The notes beneath the pieces were generated by a model, which was given only the letters and a program-made list of their open reading frames with translations, was not told where the DNA came from and made no database searches. The position numbers and the translations under genes are program-made. Below are positions 29,651-37,905 of a stretch of DNA of 64,000 nt, piece after piece. The DNA comes from an uncultured Bacteroides sp. GTDB taxonomy: Bacteria > Bacteroidota > Bacteroidia > Bacteroidales > Bacteroidaceae. The stretch covers positions 353 to 64,352 of the forward strand of contig USAN01000004.1 in NCBI GenBank assembly GCA_900552645.1, in the 5' to 3' direction. Positions within the stretch are counted from its first letter, which is position 1, and every line of letters begins with the position of its first letter.

Positions 29651-31438
29651 ATGGAAAATTTAAAAAACATTGCTCCTGTTGAAGATTTCAACTGGGAAGC
29701 TTATGAAAATGGCGAAACTGTAACAAGTGTAAGCCACGATGAACTTGAAAAAGCTTATGATGGTACTCTTAACAAAGTAAACGACCGTGAGGTTGTTGAC
29801 GGTACTGTAATCTCAATGAACAAACGTGAAGTTGTTGTTAACATTGGTTACAAATCAGACGGTATCATTCCATTGAGCGAATTCCGTTACAATCCTGAAC
29901 TTACTGTAGGTGATACTGTAGAAGTATACATTGAAAATCAGGAAGACAAAAAAGGTCAGTTGATCCTTTCACACAAAAAAGCTCGTGCAACTCGTTCTTG
30001 GGATCGTGTTAACGCTGCTCTTGAATCAGAAGAAATTATTAAGGGTTACATCAAGTGTCGTACTAAGGGTGGTATGATCGTTGACGTATTTGGCATCGAA
30101 GCATTCTTGCCAGGTTCTCAGATTGATGTTAAGCCTATCCGCGACTACGATTTGTTCGTAGGTAAAACAATGGAATTCAAAGTTGTTAAAATCAACCAGG
30201 AATTCAAAAATGTCGTTGTTTCTCACAAAGCTCTTATCGAAGCAGAACTTGAACAACAGAAGAAAGACATTATCGGTAAACTTGAAAAAGGACAGGTACT
30301 TGAAGGTACTGTTAAAAATATCACATCTTACGGTGTATTCATCGACCTTGGTGGCGTAGATGGTTTGATCCACATCACAGACCTTTCTTGGGGACGTGTT
30401 AGCGATCCTAAAGAGGTTGTTGAACTTGATCAGAAACTTAACGTTGTTATCCTTGACTTCGATGACGAAAAGAAACGTATCGCTCTTGGTTTGAAACAAC
30501 TTACTCCTCATCCATGGGATGCTCTTAACGCTGAACTTAAAGTAGGTGATAAGGTTAAGGGTAAAGTCGTTGTTATGGCTGATTACGGTGCATTCATCGA
30601 AATCGCTCCAGGCGTAGAAGGTCTTATCCACGTATCTGAAATGTCTTGGTCACAGCACTTACGTTCTGCACAGGACTTCATGAAAGTTGGTGACGAAGTA
30701 GAAGCTGTTATCTTGACTCTTGATCGTGACGAACGTAAGATGTCTCTTGGTATCAAGCAATTACGTCAGGATCCATGGGAAACTATTGAAGAAAAATACC
30801 CTGTAGGTTCTAAACATACTGCTAAAGTACGTAACTTCACAAACTTTGGTGTATTCGTAGAAATCGAAGAAGGTGTTGATGGTTTAATCCACATCTCTGA
30901 CCTTTCTTGGACTAAGAAAATCAAACACCCATCAGAATTCACTCAGATTGGTGCTGAAATCGACGTACAAGTATTGGAAATCGACAAAGAAAACCGTCGT
31001 TTAAGCTTAGGTCACAAACAATTGGAAGAAAATCCTTGGGATGTATTCGAAACAGTATTTACTGTAGGTTCTGTACACGAAGGTACTATCATCGAATTGT
31101 TAGACAAGGGTGCTGTTGTAGCTCTTCCTTACGGTGTTGAAGGTTTTGCAACTCCAAAACACTTAGTAAAAGAAGATGGTGCACAGGCTCAGTTAGACGA
31201 AAAGCTTGAATTCAAAGTTATAGAGTTCAACAAAGATGCTAAGAGAATCATCCTTTCTCACAGCCGTATATTCGAAGATGTAGCTAAAGCTGAAGAAAAA
31301 GCTGAAAAGAAAGCTTCTGCAAAGAAATCATCTAAGAAAGATGAAACTTCATCAATCCAGAACCAAGCTGCTTCAACTACATTAGGTGACATCGACGCAC
31401 TTGCTGCATTGAAAGAACAGTTGGAAAACGGTAAGTAA
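29651..31438 (+). CDS. rpsA: 30S ribosomal protein S1
   Basis: Six S1 repeats (GLIHITDLSW, GLIHVSEMSW and similar); strongly biased codon usage. Confidence 0.97.
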   Translation: MENLKNIAPVEDFNWEAYENGETVTSVSHDELEKAYDGTLNKVNDREVVDGTVISMNKREVVVNIGYKSDGIIPLSEFRYNPELTVGDTVEVYIENQEDKKGQLILSHKKARATRSWDRVNAALESEEIIKGYIKCRTKGGMIVDVFGIEAFLPGSQIDVKPIRDYDLFVGKTMEFKVVKINQEFKNVVVSHKALIEAELEQQKKDIIGKLEKGQVLEGTVKNITSYGVFIDLGGVDGLIHITDLSWGRVSDPKEVVELDQKLNVVILDFDDEKKRIALGLKQLTPHPWDALNAELKVGDKVKGKVVVMADYGAFIEIAPGVEGLIHVSEMSWSQHLRSAQDFMKVGDEVEAVILTLDRDERKMSLGIKQLRQDPWETIEEKYPVGSKHTAKVRNFTNFGVFVEIEEGVDGLIHISDLSWTKKIKHPSEFTQIGAEIDVQVLEIDKENRRLSLGHKQLEENPWDVFETVFTVGSVHEGTIIELLDKGAVVALPYGVEGFATPKHLVKEDGAQAQLDEKLEFKVIEFNKDAKRIILSHSRIFEDVAKAEEKAEKKASAKKSSKKDETSSIQNQAASTTLGDIDALAALKEQLENGK

Positions 31439-31461
31439 TAAGATTACTTAGTTAATAATAT

Positions 31462-31505
31462 AAAGGAGATGCATTCGGATTAATTCCGTTTGCATCTCCT
31501 TTTTT
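31462..31505 (+). terminator. rpsA terminator
   Basis: AAAGGAGATGCA...TGCATCTCCTTT followed by a T-run. Confidence 0.85.
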
Positions 31506-31804
31506 ATGAATAAAATCAGTCGCTATTTTGCTTTTTATAATAAATGTATCAAATTACTTGTAGATAGTTTATTGACTGTATGAATGTAAGCATACTATAA
31601 ATTAAAACTAATGTCACATCATTCACAATTCCAACCCACTTACACTCACAACATTAAGCGTGAATGATGTAGTTATATATTTCACATATCCTTCACAAAA
31701 GAATCCTCCATAATCTTTTGAATATAGATTAAAGCATCATAAAAAAAATATCCCTCTAAATTGTTATAGTAATAATAATACAAATATTTGTACATTTGCA
31801 GTAA

Positions 31805-32719
31805 ATGGAAAAATTTGAGATAAACATATTGGGATGTGGATCGGCGCTACCAACCACCAAGCATTTCGCTTCTTCCCAAGTAATAAACTTCAGGGACAAT
31901 CTTTTCATGATAGATTGCGGAGAAGGTGCACAACTTCAATTCAGACGATCTAAGCTAAAGTTCAGCCGACTAAATCATATATTCATATCTCATCTTCATG
32001 GAGACCATTGCTTTGGACTTATGGGCTTAATCTCTACTCTGGCTCTTCTGGGCAGAACAGCTATCCTGCATATATATGCCCATTCTGATCTTGAGAAGAT
32101 AATACAGCCTCAGCTAGACTACTTCTGTAAAGGAATGAACTATAATATAGAATTTCATGCAATAAATCCAAAAGTAAGTGATGTTATATATGAAGATCGC
32201 TCACTAAAAATTACGACTATCCCACTACGTCACAGAATGCCTTGTTGCGGATTTCTTTTTGAAGAAAAACCGGCTCAACGGCACATTATAAAAGAGATGA
32301 TGGATTATTACAAAATTCCTATAGCGTATATAAATTGTATAAAGAACGGATACGACTTCATTACAGAAGATGGAGAAACTATACCTAATGATAAGCTTAC
32401 AACAGCACCATATGAACCGAGAAAATACGCTTACTGTTCGGATACAATATATCTTCCATCAATAATTGACAGCATAAAAAATGTAGATTTACTATTCCAT
32501 GAAGCAACCTTCGCACAAACAGAACTTAGAAGAGCAAAGGAGACTTTTCATACTACAGCCATGGAAGCTGCTATCCTGGCAAAGGAAGCAGAAGTAAAAA
32601 AATTGGTAATTGGTCATTTCTCTGCTAGATATGAAGATGAAAATATATTATTGAAAGAAGCAACTGAAGTATTTCCATCAACAATAATAGCTAAAGAAAA
32701 CTTAAAAATTCAACTATAG
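31805..32719 (+). CDS. rnz: Ribonuclease Z
   Basis: LGCGSALP, DCGEG, SHLHGDH, HEATF, HFSARY. Confidence 0.95.
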   Translation: MEKFEINILGCGSALPTTKHFASSQVINFRDNLFMIDCGEGAQLQFRRSKLKFSRLNHIFISHLHGDHCFGLMGLISTLALLGRTAILHIYAHSDLEKIIQPQLDYFCKGMNYNIEFHAINPKVSDVIYEDRSLKITTIPLRHRMPCCGFLFEEKPAQRHIIKEMMDYYKIPIAYINCIKNGYDFITEDGETIPNDKLTTAPYEPRKYAYCSDTIYLPSIIDSIKNVDLLFHEATFAQTELRRAKETFHTTAMEAAILAKEAEVKKLVIGHFSARYEDENILLKEATEVFPSTIIAKENLKIQL

Positions 32720-32782
32720 TTTAAACGAAACGACTAACTTTACATCTAATAATATTGTATAAAACATCCCTATACAGAATAT

Positions 32783-33328
32783 ATGGAGAAGTATAATGAA
32801 AAAGAAATAGCCATATTACTGCAAGATACTTTGTCTCAAAGAGAAGCCTTTGAACGCATAGTTAATGAGTATAGTGAAAAACTGTACTGGCAGATAAGAA
32901 GAATGGTATATTCTCATGATGACGCAAACGACGTTCTACAAAATACATTCATAAAAGCATGGACAAACATTGATTATTTTAGGGGAGACGCGAAGATATC
33001 TACGTGGCTATACCGAATAGCATTCAATGAAAGTCTGGCTTTTTTAAATAAACAGCGCGCAATAAACCAACTATCTATAGATGATGCCGAAGCAAACATG
33101 ATAAACCAGTTGGAAGGTGACGAATATTTTGATGGAGACGAAATGGAAATGAAATTCCAGCAAGCAATTAATACATTGCCCGAAAAACAGAAAATCATAT
33201 TCAACCTGAAGTATTTTCAGGAGATGAAGTATGACGAAATTTCCCAAATTCTGGGCACTACAGTAGGCGCATTGAAAGCATCCTACCATCATGCAGTAAA
33301 GAAAATAGAAAATCTTTTAAAAGATTAA
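32783..33328 (+). CDS. ECF sigma-70 factor
   Basis: DANDVLQNTFIKAW, STWLYRIA, region 4 EISQILGTTVGALKASYHHA. Confidence 0.92.
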   Translation: MEKYNEKEIAILLQDTLSQREAFERIVNEYSEKLYWQIRRMVYSHDDANDVLQNTFIKAWTNIDYFRGDAKISTWLYRIAFNESLAFLNKQRAINQLSIDDAEANMINQLEGDEYFDGDEMEMKFQQAINTLPEKQKIIFNLKYFQEMKYDEISQILGTTVGALKASYHHAVKKIENLLKD

Positions 33329-33381
33329 CTTTAAACCTTTTAAGTAATTAAGAATCTAAAGTTTAGAAAGGAGATATAAGT

Positions 33382-33738
33382 ATGAAGGAAGAAGATAATA
33401 TATTGAAGAAATGCGGAAAGAAAAATCCGTTTAAGGTGCCCGAAGGTTATTTCGAGAACTTCAAAGATAATCTTATGGACAAGCTTCCTGAAAAAGAAAA
33501 CAGTTTTCATAAAATATCGACATGGCAGAGAATAAAGCCATGGATATATATGACGGCTATGTTTTGCGGGCTGATGCTCAGCGTAAAGGTTTTCTTGGAA
33601 AAGCCAAATACAGAGAAGCAAATGTTTACCACGTCACAGACAACACAACTTTCTGATGAAGAAGTAGAAAGTATTGTAGATAACTCGAGGATAGACGACT
33701 ATTCTTTATATACATACCTTACCGATGCAGATAACTAA
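33382..33738 (+). CDS. Single-TM putative anti-sigma factor
   Basis: NPFKVPEGYFENF N-terminus plus one TM helix, directly after the ECF sigma. Confidence 0.6.
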   Translation: MKEEDNILKKCGKKNPFKVPEGYFENFKDNLMDKLPEKENSFHKISTWQRIKPWIYMTAMFCGLMLSVKVFLEKPNTEKQMFTTSQTTQLSDEEVESIVDNSRIDDYSLYTYLTDADN

Positions 33739-33758
33739 CATAATAAATAAGGAATGAT

Positions 33759-34208
33759 ATGATAAAAAAAATAATGACACTTACTATATTTTCTCTCTTG
33801 TTTATAATAACAGTGAACGCCCAGGGAAAAAGACCTTCTATCTCGAAGGAAGAGTTCAGAGAAAAGCAACAGCAATATCTTATGAACAAAGCTGATCTTA
33901 CAAAAGATGAAGCGGCACGTTTCTTTCCGGTATATTTTGAAATGCAGGACCGTAAGGCGGAAATAAACAATAAGGCATGGAGAAGTGCCAGAAAAGGGAA
34001 GGATCCTAATACTTCTGATGAGGAATATGAGGCTATAATAGACGAACTGGCAAATGCAAAGCTTAATTCCGACCAACTTGAAATTAGTTACATCCCTAAA
34101 TTCAAAAATATTATCTCGCCACGTAAACTGTACAAAATTCAGGTTGCCGAAACTAAATTCCATAGAGAGATGCTAAAAATAATGCATCAACCACCAAGAA
34201 ATAAATAA
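33759..34208 (+). CDS. Exported helical protein (Spy/CpxP-like)
   Basis: Signal peptide; LTKDEAARFFPVY; helical and charged; third gene of the ECF operon. Confidence 0.6.
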   Translation: MIKKIMTLTIFSLLFIITVNAQGKRPSISKEEFREKQQQYLMNKADLTKDEAARFFPVYFEMQDRKAEINNKAWRSARKGKDPNTSDEEYEAIIDELANAKLNSDQLEISYIPKFKNIISPRKLYKIQVAETKFHREMLKIMHQPPRNK

Positions 34209-34269
34209 GAGACTCTATAAAGATAAGTAACAGAACAAATCAACTGATTAAAAAAAACAGGTCAAAATA

Positions 34270-34359
34270 TTCGTCCCACTATAATGAGCCGATCGTATCA
34301 TTATAGTGGGACGATCGTTTTATATATATGGGACAATCGTCTCATATATATGAAGCGAT
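34270..34359. repeat. 4 x 22-bp tandem array of imperfect palindromes (REP/TIR-like)
   Basis: ttcgtcccactataatgagccg / atcgtatcattatagtgggacg / atcgttttatatatatgggaca / atcgtctcatatatatgaagcg. Confidence 0.8.
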
Positions 34360-34366
34360 TAATTAA

Positions 34367-35155
34367 TTAAATTTTTTCCTGCTTTTTAGCCTCGTTCCAT
34401 ATAGCATCCATCTCCTCAAGAGTCATATCTTTAAGATTCTTTCCTTTTTTTATTGTATTATCTTCAAGATAGTTAAATCGTCTTATAAACTTATTGTTAG
34501 TCCTTTCAAGAGCATTGTCGGGATTTATTTTATAAAGACGCGCAGCATTTATAAGACTAAACATGACGTCACCAAATTCCGCTTCGGCTTTCTCCTTATC
34601 CATATTCTCTACCTCAGCCTCAAATTCGCTTATTTCTTCTTTTACCTTATCCCATACTTGCGAACGATCTTCCCAGTCGAATCCTACATTTCTGGCCTTA
34701 TCTTGTATTCTGTAAGCCTTTATGAGTGAAGGTAGCGCATCTGGTACTCCACTAAGCACACGTTTATTTCCATCTTTTTCCTTCATCTTGAGCTGTTCCC
34801 AGTTTTTAGATACAGCATCTGGAGTATCGGCTTTTACCTCCCCAAACACGTGTGGATGACGAAAAACAAGCTTTTCGGTAAGGCTGTCGCAAACATCCTT
34901 AATATCAAAATCGCCGGTTTCACTTCCTATCTTTGCATAGAACGCAACATGCAGCAATACATCGCCCAGCTCTTTACAAATCTCTTTCTTGTCGTCCTTC
35001 ATAAGTGCATCGCACAGTTCATAAGTCTCTTCTATTGTATTTGGGCGGAGAGTCTGATTAGTTTGTTTCTTATCCCAGGGACATTTCTGACGAAGTTCGT
35101 CGAGTATATCGAGGAAGTGTCCGAAAGCTTCCATCTGTTCTTTACGAGTATGCAT
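34367..35155 (-). CDS. mazG: Nucleoside triphosphate pyrophosphohydrolase MazG
   Basis: CPWDKKQT, EETYEL, ELGDVLLH, RHPHVFG, EFGDVMF, KFIRRF. Confidence 0.95.
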   Translation of the reverse strand: MHTRKEQMEAFGHFLDILDELRQKCPWDKKQTNQTLRPNTIEETYELCDALMKDDKKEICKELGDVLLHVAFYAKIGSETGDFDIKDVCDSLTEKLVFRHPHVFGEVKADTPDAVSKNWEQLKMKEKDGNKRVLSGVPDALPSLIKAYRIQDKARNVGFDWEDRSQVWDKVKEEISEFEAEVENMDKEKAEAEFGDVMFSLINAARLYKINPDNALERTNNKFIRRFNYLEDNTIKKGKNLKDMTLEEMDAIWNEAKKQEKI

Positions 35156-35614
35156 CTTTTATTTGTTTATTTATTTACAAAATTACTTTAAATAAATTTC
35201 TCTTTATTATATTTGTATAATATTATAAACACTATTTATATAATAAAATATTAAAATTTATTTTTCACATACAATGGAGTATCTTATAAGATTTATCAAA
35301 CTAATAATAATCGCAGCTATTATCTATTGTGGATATTATTTTTATACCAAAAGTACCACTTCGGATCAACCTGTTACTTACAATATTGAAAAAGAGATCG
35401 AAACAAAGGAAATTGAAGCACCATCTTCTGTTGTGGGAATGACATTTAGTTCGGATGATGGTTTCATAGCATCATTTACATCGAAGAATTCATGTAAAAT
35501 AACAAATATAGGAGAAGATGATGGCTTTAAAATAAAAGGAAATCCTACTTATAGCTACAAGAAAAAAGGGCTCTGCGGATAAATTAAGTTGTTATTCTTA
35601 AGCTTTTGCAGGTG

Positions 35615-35652
35615 ACAAGAAAAAGGAACAAGAAAAAGGAACAAGAAAAAGG
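35615..35652 (+). repeat. 3 x 13-bp tandem repeat ACAAGAAAAAGGA between two copies of the IS end
   Basis: Units at 35615, 35628 and 35641; second IR copy at 35653-35677. Confidence 0.85.
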
Positions 35653-35687
35653 GGCTCTGCGGATAAATTAAGTTGTTTACTTATTTG

Positions 35688-36713
35688 TTATGCGTATAAC
35701 TTTGTGAGTCTGTACATGAAGAACTTAATATCTCCAACTCCTCTAAACTGTGTCCTTAGAGCTTTAATCTTTGCATTGAAAGATTCCGCAGAAGCATTAG
35801 TAAGTCTTCCATCAAAATAATTAATTATAGTCCTATAATGATTTTCAAAAGTATCTAAGACCTTGTTTAGGCTGTTCTCTCCAAACATTTCCACATCTTT
35901 ATACCATCTTGCAAGCTTTACTATTGCTTTTTTGGGCTCAATCTTTTTATTGAAGATATCAGTAAGGTCCATTGATAACTTGTATGCTGATTCCAATCTA
36001 GGGAATTGTCTAAAAAGTATATCTGCCCTGTCTCTTTGTTGCTGATTCCATTTTGTTTTGTGTCTCAACATTATATGTTTGCTTCTAACCATTATTTGTG
36101 GCATAGTCTCACCATTCTCCATTCGTATTGGAGTCCATAATCCTATCTCTTCTCTTTCTGATACGCTCCTGGCCTTTTTTCGCCTAATACGATGCTCCTT
36201 TATTGATTTGTTCTCTTCATCAAGGATCTGCCATCTAAAGTGAATTCGCATCTGGTCAATGGCCTCTGACATCAACTGTTGTACATGGAAACGGTCGTTT
36301 ATCAATTTTGCATAAGTGAATGATTTTTTGGCTATCAACATCATGGCCGACGACAGGTCGGTAGTTATAGTTCTCACTTTTTTTCGCTTATTATGTGGAA
36401 GTTGATTGAATATAGATATAACATTATCAGAAGAGACGCCTCTTACTATTGCAACTAAAGTTCCTTTGCGTCCATGGCCGGCTTTATTGGTAAGTATCGT
36501 ATAGACATCACCATTACTAAGACAGGTCTCATCAAGGCTGAGGTCCTCTCCAAGATTATCAGGGAAAAGCAGGTACTCATGGGCATGCTCAAGTTGATCC
36601 CAGGTACGATAGTCGCTTATCACCTCCTTGTATTGCTTGCGGAGTGTCTGGCCTTTAAGACCAAAACGTTCAGCTAAAGTAGAGATATTTATAGGAGTAC
36701 TCTCAATCTCCAC
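35688..36713 (-). CDS. ISL3-family transposase, catalytic DDE part
   Basis: LSLDETCLS, TTDLS, DRFHVQQL, TNASAESFNAKIK. Confidence 0.9.
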   Translation of the reverse strand: MEIESTPINISTLAERFGLKGQTLRKQYKEVISDYRTWDQLEHAHEYLLFPDNLGEDLSLDETCLSNGDVYTILTNKAGHGRKGTLVAIVRGVSSDNVISIFNQLPHNKRKKVRTITTDLSSAMMLIAKKSFTYAKLINDRFHVQQLMSEAIDQMRIHFRWQILDEENKSIKEHRIRRKKARSVSEREEIGLWTPIRMENGETMPQIMVRSKHIMLRHKTKWNQQQRDRADILFRQFPRLESAYKLSMDLTDIFNKKIEPKKAIVKLARWYKDVEMFGENSLNKVLDTFENHYRTIINYFDGRLTNASAESFNAKIKALRTQFRGVGDIKFFMYRLTKLYA

Positions 36714-37053
36714 CTTTTAAAAAATCGACAAACTCGGCATTAAGCCTGGTCTTGTCGTGTTCTGAGAGATCCCATTCATAGCTGAATATCTCACCACTGG
36801 ATTTGTCAAGCCATTTGCGCTTGCACACGTGAAGGAAGCAGGCCCTACCACGAATAGGGAAATCTTGGATCGTACGATAATCGGTGAAACCATGGGAGAT
36901 GATATCATTATTATGCTCGTCATCTTCTAACTTGACCTTTTTCTCGTTAAGCCAGATATCAAAACGAGAGTCAGTTTTTTCATGTTTGACGATATCAAAG
37001 TTGTCTACTAATATATCAGGAAGGATGTCTCTAAGAATATTATTGGATTTCAT
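36703..37053 (-). CDS. ISL3/ISAon1-type transposase N-terminal ORF
   Basis: SHGF...TIQDFPIRGR..FLHV.KRKW; overlaps the catalytic ORF by 11 nt. Confidence 0.85.
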   Translation of the reverse strand: MKSNNILRDILPDILVDNFDIVKHEKTDSRFDIWLNEKKVKLEDDEHNNDIISHGFTDYRTIQDFPIRGRACFLHVCKRKWLDKSSGEIFSYEWDLSEHDKTRLNAEFVDFLKGGD

Positions 37054-37859
37054 GAGACAAAGATAATAATTTATACTAATATGAAAAACAACCTAAAATA
37101 TCCGTTGACCCGAAAAAAGATAAAACAAAGGCTATACTAAAAATAAGCTACATTGCAGCCAGAAATAAGGGTCGCGAAATATTGGAAGATGACTGCAGAT
37201 ATGAATTTGAGATGTCTTTCAACAAACACACAAGTGGCAAGACTCATTGTAATTATATTCTTACTCATAAAATTGGTGTAGGCGATAATGTAAAGTCTTA
37301 TATAGAAGCTGATACCCGTCCTACTTGGTTTAATCTGAAATAAAATATTTATGTATTAAGTCATGCTATGTAACTTATCAATATAAGTATAGTTGATTAA
37401 TAGTTATCTGACTGAACATGTATAAAATAATCAATAATTTCAATTAATCGATAAATAAATTTCATTCAACAAAAAATAAGGGTGTACAAAACACCTAAAA
37501 TATAAAAACCAATGTATTATAATTATGTAGAAGCCAATTAACCACTACAAATATATGTTGCATTTTTTATATCTACTATTTACCTTAAAAAAAAATACAC
37601 ATAATGTCTCTCGTATCTATTTTTATAAATTAAAAGAATAAAATCATTCTGTTTACACAGTATCAGATGCAACTTATAGATATAGTCCATTTAGAACAGG
37701 CAATAACTAAATAATGAGACTTTACTATCATCATTTCATATCATTTTACAAAGTTTACATATTATCATCAAGTATCCGAATGAGATAAAATGTAAGGTAT
37801 AATTCAATATTTTTAGATATTCCTAATAACAAAATACTCCATAATCCATTGAGTTTTAT

Positions 37860-37867
37860 TAATTTTG
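37860..37867 (+). promoter_or_regulatory. -7 promoter box (TAATTTTG) for valS
   Basis: TAnnTTTG 38 nt upstream of the ATG. Confidence 0.55.
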
Positions 37868-37905
37868 CATCTAATTATTCGATAATAAATTAATGATATA
37901 TTACA

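Larger units (their letters stand above)
35569..37111 (-). mobile_element. ISL3-family (ISAon1-like, two-ORF) insertion sequence with 8-bp target-site duplication
   Basis: 25-bp imperfect terminal IRs (GGCTCTGCGGATAAATTAAGTTGTT / GGGTCAACGGATATTTTAGGTTGTT, 19/25); GAAAAAAG at 35561-35568 and 37112-37119. Confidence 0.9.
35274..37343 (+). pseudogene. Hypothetical membrane-anchored protein (172 codons) interrupted by the IS
   Basis: 35274-35568 joined to 37120-37343 gives one open frame ...YSYKKK|DKTKAILK...TWFNLK*. Confidence 0.85.

Noticed and set aside
30026..30631. 201-aa minus-strand ORF
   Set aside because: Antisense shadow produced by rpsA codon bias.
34270..34359. CRISPR array
   Set aside because: Units abut with no unique spacers, and there are no cas genes in the window.
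35274..35582. Complete 102-aa gene as given in the ORF track
   Set aside because: Its last residues (GLCG*) derive from the IS end; it is the 5' half of an interrupted gene.
37344..37905. T-box or other riboswitch upstream of valS
   Set aside because: No T-box motif or stable structure seen; a -7 box lies close to the ATG, implying a short leader.
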